Below, piece after piece: positions 1-12,600 of a stretch of 64,000 nucleotides of DNA. The position numbers were made by a program, and so were the translations under genes. The notes under the pieces are model-generated. The model did no database searches, was not told where the DNA came from, and was given only the letters and a program-made list of their open reading frames with translations. Numbering within the stretch: the stretch's first letter is position 1; the number at the start of each line of letters is the position of its first letter. The stretch is from Klebsormidium nitens (taxonomy: Eukaryota; Plantae; Klebsormidiophyceae): assembly GCA_000708835.1 (NCBI GenBank), contig DF237075.1:62001-126000 (forward strand). Reading direction: 5' to 3'.

Positions 1-3000
1 GAAGATCGTGCTCTGCGGAGGGAATAAAAGAATGCTGAGTTTCTCCTTGTTGGGTTTTCCCTCTGCTTTGCTTTCCCTCTGCTTTGCTTTTAAAGGAGAT
101 TGAGCTTGACTATCAGGTTTCAAAGTTCTAGGGGTTTTCAGGTTAGAAATGGACAATTTTGTCCCGGGTTTCCTCTCTCTTTTTATTTCTTTTTCTCATT
201 TGTTTTGTTTTGAAGAGGTTCGGTGACAGCTTAAGTCTAACTATCATTCCCCTCTCAACATAGACGAACAGAAGCCGGGAAGGGAGCGACCGCCCCGTCC
301 GACGCTGTTCGCAACGCACTTCGACAGGAGAGTCTAAGACGGCCAATGGGGCAATGACGCGCGCACAATGGCGCCCTTCCTAAAATCGGACAGGACACCG
401 TCCTGGCAACGTTCGTGCCCGCGAAAGCAGATACGCTGCCATTCCGCGCCTCTCAGCAGCCGAACTCCATCGCTGATAAGCTTTTTCTGACCGCTACACT
501 TCCTCTACTCAAACGCGGCCCTTGTCCGTCCACAACCAGTGGCCTTCTTGAGCATGTTTTACCCTGCTTTTAGAAGCTGCGTCCACGCCAGCTTTTTCTA
601 TCGTTAAGCAAAGATTCCCGTTCTTGAGGCCCAGCCATACGGGTTGGCGGCCAAACGAGTGCGCAGGAAAGCTTTCCCCTTCTGCTCTTACCAGATTCAC
701 TGAACCCCAAAAGCCCGCGCTTGCATGCAGACATACGACGATTTCCTTCTTTGTAGCCTTAGCACAGAACCAACACATACCGGGTTGAGGAAACCGGTGA
801 AGGAGTAGAAGATCTGGGAGTCCTGGCGGCGTCCGGTGGCGCTGGAGACGGAGCCAATGTCGAGGGGGAGCCCCCGGAGGAGGCGGCCCGAGGCGAGGTC
901 GTGCAGCTGCAGCACGTGCTTCACGTCGGCCTGGTAACATACTAGTAGAAGGCTCTGCGCAGGGGGTGGGGAGGGGGTTAGCGAAATTGTGTTCAAATAA
1001 ACCCGAGGGTTAGCGCAGATTCTTAGTTGGCACTTCGCAGGGAGGGGTAGCAGAGCTATGGAGAAGTGAACTCGGGGAGAAGGTATACCTGGGGTGGGAA
1101 GCGTTTCCAAGCAACAGCACACCAGCAACGGGCTCTGCAAAGGGGGGGTTAGCGTGGTTTGACTGGGGCGATGAACCCTCGGGTTATGAAGAACGTGCGG
1201 AGTTGAAGCCGGGGTTTGCAAAGGTGTGAAACATTGCGTACTCGAAGTGAGGGTGAAGGCGGAGAGAGAATGTTTCAGGGGTGGAAAAAGACCCGCAAGC
1301 AATAGCAGATCGGCAACAGGCTTTTTGCAGGGAGAGGGGACGGGGGTGAGAAACTGTAGGGAGCTGAAGTGCGGATTGTGCCGAATTGTACGGAGTCCGG
1401 GGATGAGCGGACCTGAGGGGAATTGAATCTGAAAGTGAGGCCGGAAAAATGTGTTCTGAGGTAGAGGGATACTGTAAAGCAAGAGCAGGACTGTAGGACG
1501 TTCCGGTCGTGCGTACAGTCTCTGAGGACGAGCGCTGCAAGAGACATGTACAAGAAACAAAAACCTCTGAGGAAAGGCAAGAAAGAGGAAGCGTTCAAAG
1601 CAGCGTCAAGCCTGCACCCTCTTGTGTCCAATCGTATAGTTTACCCTTAGCAACAAAAGCTGCAAGGAAGGAAATGCTCCGTTGATTGTTAGGAAAACCT
1701 CACCTGGTGAACGCAGTGCGCCCATTCCAGAAGGTCGGACTTCGACTCGGGGATCAGGTCCTCCCAGGAGTCCGGCTTCGTGAGGTCGACCCGGACCACT
1801 TTGTACAAAGGCGCGTTCTTGTTCGTCTGGCAACAATAAAGCAATGCTCCAGCTCAACAGTTTTTTCCAAGCTTCTTCCAACCGTATCGTGACTTGTCCT
1901 GGTGACAGACGTGGCGCATGTATCGGGAACAGACACAGGCAATATTGCGCTAGAGCTGGATGACGCATACGGAAAGGGAGCCGCTTTTGGAGCCGCTCTT
2001 GTAGTTATTGATTGGCAATAACGAGCACACAAGAAATTGCTGCCAGGTGTTGGATTGCAAACGTGCCTTTCCAAGGTGTACTGCTTCTGCACATGATGGA
2101 AGCCCCTCCCAGATCAAAGCAGATAAAACAAATCCTACGCAAAGCTGTGAGCAACGTCCGTCTGGGTACTCGCCTGGAACACAAAGGACGTCCCGTCGTT
2201 CGCAATGTAGCCGTACTGCGCCTCGAAGTTGTCAATGAGCTTCACGACTGGCAGCAGCCCCGTCACGCCGGCAAGCCCGCCAGAAAGCGCCTCCAGGTCG
2301 CAGTAGAAGACGCGGTTTACAGGGTCGCAACCCTCCTCCACAGAGATGATGAGGTACTGCACAAGGCCCGAAGCACGACTCAGCAAACCGGAATGCAAGA
2401 ATATCCAGATGATCGAAAAGAACAATAAAGAGTAGGATTGCCTAAGGTGCGGAAGGGTCCAGATGCGCGAACTTGACTCTCATCGAGCAAGTTGAGTCAA
2501 AATTGGTTAAGTCGGATACTTTACAGTGTCCAACTATTCCCCGAGCCGCTCTCTTCATCACATCCGCAGTTCGGAGTACGAAGCAATTTCCAACAAAGAA
2601 CGCCGCACAGGAGCTTTTTACCCAGTACACTGATGCATGGACCGTTTGCGGCATCATCGGAGAGGAATTGAGCAGAATAGTCAAGTGAAACATGTCCAGC
2701 ATGCAGCGAAACCGACTGGTGTCTCTGTTCCGTCCCACCTTCCCGTCGTCCGTGATCTCCGCCCCGAACATCCACTTGGGCTCGTCAGGCGCCTCGTAGC
2801 ACAAGATGTCCTCTGCCTGGTCGGTACCGAGCCTATGGTAGTACAACTTCTGGTGCAGATTGGAAGCCGTCTCCGTGCCGGCGTCGAGGCCCTCAGCCTT
2901 GCTGGAACGCAAATGGAAGAATGATGAGCCAAGGCTGCTTATATTACTCGGAAAAAGCCTTCGATCCTGCAGGGAACCGGCTTCTAACTTATCTCTCCAA

Positions 3001-4857
3001 ACTGCAACAGGTGGCTGTTGGAAGGCAATCCTGGCTGCAGCAAGACCGCTGTCAGATGCGTTGAACCTAACGGCTTCAGATTGAGCTAGAGTACGTTAGG
3101 CCAGCCTTCCATCCACCTAAGATACAACCGGTGTTCCTTGACAATCCCGCAAGTAAACGCATTCGATGATCCAGCAATGATAGCAGGCTGACAAGGGGAT
3201 GAGTTTGCCAGAGGATCCTCATTGATACAGACCTTTACTCAAACAGGCGGGATCCTTCGACTTTAACGGAAGAGGTAATCAACGAGCTCCGGGGCTTGAG
3301 CTGACTCACGGCGGCTCCGGGTAGCGATTGTAGAACAACCCCGCGTTGTCGTGCGTCCACGCCAGCGACGTAAACTTGGCCCATTTCAGGACGTCCGACT
3401 CCTCCTGGCCGTCCGAAACCCGCAGCACGTGGACCTCCTGCCAGTCGCTCCCGCCCTTGGACAGGCCGTACGCCAAAAACTGGCCGTCCTCACTGAAGCT
3501 GTACGAGGAGAGCGCGACGGTGCCGTCGGAGCTGAGGGTGTTCGGGTCCAGGAGGATGCGGGCGGACTCCTCAGGGGCGTCCACAGACTCCTGTAAACGA
3601 AAGAAATCTTTCTTGTCAGCATGTAGCTATAAAGCAGTAGGGGAAGCCACCGCCCATGGTTTGTAGATTGGACAAAGCCCCACCCTTTCCCCCAATGAAT
3701 TCTCTCCTGAGAAGACTGCGGATAGAGGCAACTGGCTGAGTTGCAGATTTTGAGGGGCCTTCATAACACTCCTGCAGAGCTGGTGGCAAGAACTGGGACC
3801 AGAGTCAGTGGTGAAGCCCAGCTGTCGATCATCAGAAGAACTAAGATTGGCAGGGCGCAGGCGACTGGGGGACTTGCAGTTCTGACACTGCCAACAGAAG
3901 CCACAGACTCAAAAGGATGTTTTTTAAAGGGAGTACTGAAAGCTGTTCTTGAAGAATGATGCAGGCTCGGGCTCTCAAGAAAACATTCTCTGCTGAGGTA
4001 CCACGTGCTCGCTCACCACCATGTACAGCACGCTCTGGGCCTGCAGCCCCGTGTTCTTGAAGTAGAAGTACTTTGAGCCCCTCCGAAATGGCGTGCCATA
4101 CTTGGGATAGTTATAGAGCGCAGTCATGCGTTCTCTGAACTTCTCCCTGGTCTCGCATTCAGACAGAAACTTCTGGGTCACCTCATTCTGGGCGTCCACG
4201 AATGCCTTGGTTTCAGCGTCGTCGGGGTTCTCAAGCCTGCGACTCAGCAACGAAAGGAGTGGTCAGGAGGACACCTAGATCGAGTATGTCACACTGTGAC
4301 AATCTCAAAAGCTCCCAACTGACCAATTTTGTAGCGATGAAGGGGTGGTGTGACAGTGCAGAAGTACCAGAAGCTCACTAAGAAAGATACTTAAACAATG
4401 CTCATAATCTTTCAATGCCTTTTCAGCCAGAGCTGTAATCAGCTTTTAGGGTTTAGAGTTGACAAAGTGAACAGCCTCACCATCTGTATGGGTCTGCAAT
4501 TTGGTGCTTTCCATGAAACTCATCGACCACAGTCTCATCACGCCTGACCTCAGGATACTTCAACGTCGCTGCCGCAGTTTCTGCCATGGTGGACGAGCAG
4601 CGAATTGCTGAGTGCAGTCTAGCTATTCGGAATGCTGCTCGATCAGCCTGGGTGCGCTGAGCAATTGCGCCCTTTTGGAAGGCCAGCTGAGCAGACAATG
4701 AGCTGGGACTTGCTGACACTTGCGGCGCGGTTGCTGACCTGGCAGCAAACAACCTGCTCTGCTGCTGGCGCACAGTTGAGGAAGCTGTTCTTTTGAAGGC
4801 CTGAGGGACAGCGGGCAACGAGAAGAGCTGAGCAGTGCAGCTCAGGGCGGAAGGCAT
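1..4857 (-). CDS. Prolyl oligopeptidase (S9A family); C-terminal catalytic domain lies outside the window
   Basis: Phase-consistent exons 4857-4481, 4236-4017, 3590-3310, 2901-2739, 2356-2174, 1826-1704, 954-781, 12-<1. They give [94 protein letters not shown], typical of the POP N-terminal and beta-propeller region. Confidence 0.95.
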
Positions 4858-5031
4858 GCCGACAGCTCCCTGGGAAAGTTGTGCTGGTCGATCACAATCA
4901 TATTTAATCAGGAGCAGGACAGGTTTTGGGTCGCAGGCAGGTTATCATGAAACCGCATCTAGTTAACCCGATATTAACCGGCCAGAACCGTGCAGCGACA
5001 ATAGCAAGTCGGTGGGCAGCGCATGCAGCGC

Positions 5032-5852
5032 TTAAGGTCGAACTTCCCTTATTCGCAGATTCAAAACCCTATTGCCCGTGGAACAGAAATGTGAAGACGT
5101 CTTCATGCATATCTCAAGCTTCGCTCCATCTTTTTGAGATCCGTCTTTTGCACATGAAAGGATACATCAAAAAGAACCTCGTAAGCCTTATTCGGCAAAA
5201 TCCAATAGCTCTAAGTACCTGCCATGACGTGGCCAAAACATGCGTTTCTGGGCGTTTTGGAGCAGGCACCGAGAACGCGTTTGACGTGTTTTTTGGACCT
5301 TCTGACACATTTTTCTCAATGGGACCCGGGGGGACTCTTCATTCGTCGAGTGAAGAAGGGATGGAGCTCATAAACAAGAAAATCAATCTGTGATTTCCAG
5401 ATAAATTGACCCACCTTTTTAAGATTTTGCAAAACTGGTAAAAACTGTGTTGTTCAAAAACGGTGGGTCAATATATCCGAAAATCACAGATTGAATTTCT
5501 TGTTTATGAGCTCCATCCCTTCTTCACTCGACGAATGAAGAATCCCCCCGGGTCTCATTGAAATTTTTTGTCAGAAGGTCCAAAAAACACGTCAAACGCG
5601 TTCTCGGTGCCTGCTCCAAAATACCAAAACGCCCAGGAACGCGTGTTTTGGCCACGTCATGGCAGGTACTTAGAGCTATTGGATTTTGCCCACTAAGGCT
5701 TACGATGTACGTTTTGATGTATCCTTTCATGTGCAAAAGACGGATCTCAAAAAGATGGAGCGAAGCTTGAGATATGCATGAAGACGTCTTCACATTTCTG
5801 TTCCACGGGCAATAGGGTTTTGAATCTGCGAATAAGGGAAGTTCGACCTTAA
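5032..5852. mobile_element. Non-autonomous fold-back DNA transposon with TTAA target-site duplication (Kolobok-like termini)
   Basis: TTAA (5032-5035) then GGTCGAACTTCC... and ...GGAAGTTCGACC then TTAA (5849-5852). Near-identical inverted arms of ~385 bp (5036-5420 and 5456-5848) flank a ~35 bp spacer. The same translated stretch appears on both strands in the ORF track. Confidence 0.85.
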
Positions 5853-7215
5853 CTAGCACGCTAGCACAAGCAGCCACGAAGCCACGAAGCCACAGGGATG
5901 ATGGAGCAAAACATTCTCAGAAGCTGGTTCCGAAGACGTCTAGTTCGTTCAAGGGCGATGCGTGGGCTGGAATTCAAGCATTTACCAAGCTCTCCGCCAG
6001 ATCAACAATATGCACAAGCCAAGAAAAGGTATCTGCATGGCAACGGCGCCAGATTGAGGGCACGCCCAACTTTCCTCTAGTCACTCACTTTTGGCACGTA
6101 ATCGTGGCTGCCTTTTCCCTGACGCTTCGCTGCCATAAGGTTTTACGATCTGATGAAGGCCACAGGCCGCGGTCAGCTCTCTAATTTTGCAGCTATAGCC
6201 GTTCCATAGTCCCATCTGCATTTGCACCCCTAGCCTTTTCGTCTTATTTTCGTCTCCAATTTCTTCCCGTTCTTCAACACACGCTTCATGAAAGCTTTGA
6301 ATGCAGCTAGTGTGACTACTATGTGATACGTATTGTAAGATACGATGGATCATGATGACTTTGCTAGCTCAGTGCCCTTTAATACGCTTTGTACGTTTAG
6401 TCTGCTGATCTTATACGTTTCAAAATGCCACCACCAGCAGACCGCTTAATGAATGATCATGGCCCGCGGCTAAAATTTGCGCACTAAGTTGCGCAGATGA
6501 ACCGGTCAGACTCATGCGCGATTACAACACAGACTATATGCCCCGAAAAATATTCAAATAATTAACGTCAGCGCCGCCACTTGAATTACCAAAGTATATG
6601 TACCAATCGCAATGTCATTTGTTTATCCCTTTTATCCGAATGTTCGACAAGAGCACCTAAGTTTTGCAGGTATACGGAGCGACCGTCACGGGTCACATGC
6701 ATCATCTACTCATGAAGGTCTCCGAGTTTTACACTCCGGCCAAAACGAGAGATCATTCGATTGAACGAGTACCAAGATTACGCAAGGTTGGGATCGAAGT
6801 ACACAGGTTGGGAGGAGTACACACTGCATGGCAATATCCTGTCCGCGCTCTGTGTATGATAACTTGATCTCGAATAAACGAAACCTTCGATCAGACTTAT
6901 CAACAATCATGGCCGCGGATGGCCTAGGATGACTATATCGACCAGGTTGCATGGTGTCAACTTCGTCTCTCCAAGTGAGGCAAACCGGCCTCCAACTCGA
7001 GCTTCATCTACCAGACTTGGAGCGAGATCTGAGATCAGTCCTGCGACCTGCATGACATGCTTTTTGCCGCCGACGTCATAAAAGAATCAACTCCGCCTAG
7101 CAGTCCGCCACGAGCAACACGAGCAATACGGGCCCTCTTATCTAGTTTCTCGATTCCCTACTGTTAGTCGTCCCCCCGTTAGTGAAACAACGCGTTTGTA
7201 AAGTCGCACTAAGAA

Positions 7216-7683
7216 TTAAGAGTTATCGAGCTCTGGCTGAAGCGCATCCAGCACTTCTTGAGTCTCTGGAATCCTGCCGCTCTGCATCGGAGAGATACAT
7301 CGGAGTGAGCCCATACAGAAGTGACAGCCCCGCACAGTTCTTGAAGGAGTGAGCAACCAAGGCAGCGTCCGCTCTTTCAATTCTCTTTGCCTGGGCAGGC
7401 TGCTTCAGACGAAGATCCCTATGCAAATGGGCCCTTCCATCAGACTGAGGTGCTCTCCAACTCGAGAGTGCGTCACAACTTAGTTTCTAGGTTTTAACTA
7501 GCTCACCTCCAGCTTGGAGAACAAGACTTTGCCTCCCAAAGAAACCTCAAACGCTCCTTTGCGTGCTTCCGTCCCTTCAGGATTCCCAAGAACAATTACG
7601 GCTGGATACATGTCTTCAACCTCGTCCGCTAGTTTGATGAACTCGTTCAAAAAGTCCTCCTCTTCACAGTACTCCACAATAAC
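7216..7683 (-). CDS. Rdx family (SelT/SelW/SelH-like) thioredoxin-fold protein; 5' exons unresolved
   Basis: Exon 7683-7507 gives VIVEYCEEEDFLNEFIKLADEVEDMYPAVIVLGNPEGTEARKGAFEVSLGGKVLFSKLE. It splices in phase 0 to exon 7281-7216, SGRIPETQEVLDALQPELDNS*. The GAFEV, SKL and GRxP motifs are typical of the Rdx family. Confidence 0.85.
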
Positions 7684-9664
7684 CTGGGCAAGAAGAAAAC
7701 ACGAACTCAACCCCAACCCAAGGTGGCCAGGTCGGGTACACTCAGTAGAAGACAGAGAGTACATCTCCTCCTACTACATTGGCATGAGGAGATCATTCTA
7801 GCTAACAACATGACACATGTAAAACACCTGCCCTCAAGGTATAGTTTCAAGAATGAAATGAATCTTGTGAGCGATCGATGCCTATAAGGTGCCACATACT
7901 ATGCACGCTTTTTGAGACTGCTAGGCTGGGGGATGATTCTAGCCTTCGAGCTTCAGCGGATGATAAGACGGGTCAGTTTTATACCATGCTTTGACCCCAC
8001 TATGACAATACTCGAAAAACGTGTTCGTCTTAATGAAGCCCCACTGTGGGGCTCACTCATCCGCCCAGCGGGGCAAAACTGTCTTGAGAAAAAGAGTCAA
8101 GCTTGCCCAAATTTGTGTGGCTGCCGGTGTGCTAATCAAGGATGAGGCTTGGACACAGACTGCAGTGACTGAAAGAGTTTCGTGATTATGAAGCTATTTG
8201 ATCTCCCTCCTAGTACTGACTGGATACGGCGCATAGCCGGAGCGCTTTTCAGGATGGGGCATCTTTCAAGAAAGAAAGCAAATTGACAAAAGCCTCCGTA
8301 CCTCCGGAGGTGGTGGAGCACCGAGCTTCGAGGATCAGGCAAAGCAGCGCTTGCTCTGCTGCGGCCAACCCGGAGAGACCGTTCCAACGAATGCACTATG
8401 CAATGCTCCAGAACTGCAAGGAACTGCAGAAGACCCCCAAGTTGCGCTCGGAGACAGCTTGTGAAAACTGAAAGCAGCCAATTGGTTACAGGTGTTCAGC
8501 AAAGGACCCCCTGCCGCAAGTAAAACTTTTGTAGCTCCAGCAGAATCTGGAGCTGAATCTGGTGTCGCTGCCCCATGTCTACGTGCATTGCAAGCTAGTT
8601 CTTCCCTGCCTAGCCCGCCAGACCAAGATACGGCGCTTGCTTGCATTTTGGCCCCCCTGAATAGGGCAGTGCTTCTGTTCAACAACTGTAGAGCAGTGCG
8701 GCCCTTCATCTTTGCTACTGGACCCGTTCAATCTGAGATTGGGGTAGGGCTTCTAGATCCGAACCCCGTTTTTGCTTCTCTGCTCTCAGAGCCGCGGCAG
8801 AAGGACTGCTCAGAACAATCCTAGAACAAATACAATATGCGTCGGCGGACGATGCAGATTTGTTCCTCTGCCCTCTCTCCCGCACTTCCTCTGTACCTGA
8901 GACAATGTGTTACGTGACCTCCATGGCTAGTTACCCCTCAACGCGCTCAAATAGCTCTGCTTTTGCGTCACTTTCAAATCCTTGAAATATAGAGAGTGAG
9001 GGATAAGAATATGGCGGCCGGCGCGGGGCAGCAAACCCTAATCCGTAAAGCTGGACTGCTCTGAAGCTCTGGGAAGCCAAGTGTCAACTTCTTACTGTCT
9101 GAAACGTCCACGTGCTGAAATGCACCAATCGCTGCAGCAGCTTTAGCACATGCCACTGGTGGCATTTGTACATGCTTTTCAACATTTCTCTTTTCAACTT
9201 TCACATTGATGATTGGACCGCATTTTGCTCCTTTCATAAAACTTCACAAGTGTCACTGTATTACTGTCAGTGTAACACCTAATCTTAGTTTGTGGACTTC
9301 ATTCAGAATTCTCTTCAGAATGACAGAGCCTGAGGAAGCTTGCTTGAAAGTAGCTGGATCGGCGTTTGCACAGCATCCAAATTGCTCACTGAGGTTTTCA
9401 GCCTTTGCAAGCGTTTGCTGAAAGCTGGGTAGGGAATAAATGCCGTGGTGTTGATGGGCACAGGGATCCCTTGGCAATATGGACCCCAAAAAGATGCCTT
9501 GCAAGCAGTCAGCAGCATTGCTGTTGCCCGGAAGGGAATGCCAGTCAGAACCACAAAAAGCAGTCACCGATTGCCCATCAACGACAAGTTGTGAAGTCTG
9601 AGCTTTGAATTGTGCTCTTAGAAAAAGCTCTCAAGGCATTGGGGCACTGATACAACCAGGGACA

Positions 9665-12600
9665 ATGGATACAACTGAGAGCAAGGCCAGCAGTTCAAGA
9701 GCTGCTCCACCTCAAAGCGGAGACGTTGCAATTGTCGTGGACAAGAGCCCCCACTTAAGAGCAGGTAAGTGCCTGGCATTGGGATTTGCGTACTCAAAGG
9801 CTTCTTCAAATGACACATTTGGACTCCGCCCCTTAAGCTGCGCACATTGCCCTTCTCTTCTCATACGTTTCTCAAATTTGACGTCACTCATTACATTTGG
9901 GGGTTTCTCTGAATGGGTCAATCAAAAAGTGAGGAGAACTCTGATTTTTTGGATCCACGTCTCCGCACCCACTGAAAGAACTTCATTTACATCCTGCGGT
10001 CGAATCATTCAAACCTGAATCAGTCTCGTCATATTCCAGTTGTGGGACTTGGACTTGACTCTCATCAAGAACATTGCATCCTGCAGGGGAGAAGGAAGAG
10101 TTGCGGGAAGAGGCTGCGGAGCTGCTCGAAGACCTGAACGCCTTTTACTCCCGCTCCCCCGCCATCACAGAACGAGCATTGGAACTGACTGCTAGCACTT
10201 TGAACCGCCGCAAGAGCTTCGCCCTCAGTCACAGCCGGTTGAGTAACACTTCAGCTCCGGACAGCTCCAGAGAGGACGTTCACACCAGATCTCAGGGGCC
10301 TGATCATGGTGGTGAGAATGGGGCCCCCTCTCAGCCCCTCTTGGCAGACCACCGGCGAAGCGAAATGCTGGGGCTGGCGGCGCGGTATGAGAGTTTGTTA
10401 CAGTCCCTGGGGCATTCGAAAGAAGCGCAAAGGGTGGCAGAGTTTTGGCAGGGGGTGAAGGAGGTCTCTGCGGCCAATGGGGTGGCGCCAGGTGGCGGCG
10501 CCCAGGACGATGCGGACCTGCTGACAGGGATGGAAGCGTTGCTGAAGGACGGGCTCGTGCGGTTCCTGATGACTGTGAAACCGTTTCTGCCACCCTTCCC
10601 ATCCCAGGTGAATTTTTGAGGAATATACACGAGAGTAGCCTTGACATAGTCAACTGATAGGAAATCCTTTTGTCCTGAGCAAGGGATGGGGAAGGATCAA
10701 CGTTACCTGAACACATGGGGCTCACAGTCGCCGAGTCTGGACATCCAGGGTCTGTATACTATCTAGATCGTTGCTTGACTATCTGAAACTCTTGTATGAA
10801 GGGGCTAGTATCCTTTCTTCACCGTGCAGTTCAAACGTGGGACTAATTTGAGAGACACCTTGGCATCAATTCCAAGGCCCTTGGTGGAGCGAGGGATCAG
10901 CAAACTGCACTTTCCAGAAGATACACAGAAGGACTTTCTCAACGTGTAGCATTTACAATTTCTTGGTCTAGCTTGGTCTAGCTTGAGGGCAATGTGTTTG
11001 CGCCTGCAAATTCTGTTCTTTAAATCAGTTGCATTCAGAGCTTCGGTTGTCTGAACGTTCTTTTGCAGCTTATCGGTCTTTTCTCGTCTTGCAGATTGTA
11101 AAGTTTACAGACGTGAAGTACAGCACCCTCCTCCCCATCGATGACACACCTTATGACGACATGCTGACCAAGTTTGTGCCGTGTCTACGAAAGAAGGTCC
11201 CTACAGAGCGAGTCCCCGTTCTCTCAGGTACTCAACAGCTGGTTTTACCTTCCCTCTTGTTCATTATACAGTCTGCTGCTGACCTCATGAATTCAAAAGC
11301 ACAGACAGTCACTTCACTCTTGGACAATTGACAGATTCCTAAAGCTGGATAGGAACACAACTGATAGCAGCAGACGGCCCTTGTCTAACAAGGAAGTAGC
11401 TGTAAAACAAGGCATACTTGCGTGATTGATCATGATTCCCGCTCCTAATACTATTGACGTCTCTCGTTTCGCGAAAGTGTTTCTCGGGCTCAAAGTCCTC
11501 TTTCCCCTTCCTGAGTCAGGTGTGACCGGGTATCTGATGCCTGGTTCCTTGACGCTGTGCCTGGGGCCCCTCGCCTCTGGGCAAACCGCTCTGACCAAGA
11601 TCCTCGGGGGGCGTTCCTGGGTGGACAAGAAGACGTGGCACCAGTCGGGCTGTGTCACGTACAACGGGAAGAACCTGCGGGAGGTCCAGATCTCGAGGTG
11701 GGTTTCTGCGGCTTGCTAGTCTTCTGCATCTGTAAGGCGACATGACGGTGCTTATGACGTCAGCGCTACTGAATGATTGTAATGGCGTATGTCGCGCCAG
11801 CAAAGAAAGTGTATTGAGGTGTGACATTCTAGTCGTAGGCGACCAAGCAGGGCTCGTTAAGCAGGTTCGAGATCGCCCAGAATGCTTTCGATTCGATGCT
11901 GACGTCATGGGTTGTTATTGACGCTTGAATACAAGCGTCTGCCTTAGAGACTTTAATTCTGAGTTGGACGACAAGCTGCGCCATGCGCTAACGAGGTAGC
12001 GATGTTACTCAGGACTAGAAGCTCTGAGCCTGTCAAAAAATAATATCCGTATGGATGTGGGCTTTGAAATACAATCCAAAAAAGAAAAGGGATTGTTTGT
12101 GGGCTTTGAGATCGTGTTCCAAACGAGAGGTCTTCACCCACAAGTTTCCAGCATTCTTTGGAGTGAGGAAACGCCGCTGAAGCTGTCACGACAACCCACT
12201 TGTCCTGGCAATTTTGATCCATGTCCACGTTTTAGGTACTGTTGCGATCGGAGAATCGCCTCCAGTTTACTGCTTCAAGTATGACGTCCAAGAAAGCTGT
12301 CACCAGGTTGCCTTTTCCCAAGTTTTGCCGTTAACCCCCCGTCAAAACCTACAGGTTGGCCTCGTATGCGGGCCCGTATCCCAATCATCACCCGGCGCTT
12401 ACAGTGCGCGAAACGCTCGAGTTTGCACGGGACTGCTCCCAAGCCTTCAAGCCGTGGCACAGCGAGGACTTGCAAGAGGTCAGCGCTGTCTTTCTAGGCT
12501 CATCGGTCGTTTGGCTACGTTTATATATTTTGGGGACTGACGATGTCTGCTGTTCGTCGTTAAATTTATCTGTCCCCACGAGATTGTCAGGCTCAGGACA

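Noticed and set aside
4926-5877. Two ORFs with nearly identical translations on opposite strands, resembling an inverted gene duplication
   Set aside because: They are by-products of the palindromic TTAA-flanked element and have no recognisable protein motifs or splice support.
7660-7672. Selenocysteine in the Rdx protein
   Set aside because: There is no in-frame TGA at the motif; the codons are TGT GAA GAG GAG.
8136-8709. Minus-strand ORFs as the transit-peptide exon of the Rdx gene
   Set aside because: I could not establish a phase-consistent splice path, so this is unresolved and not annotated.
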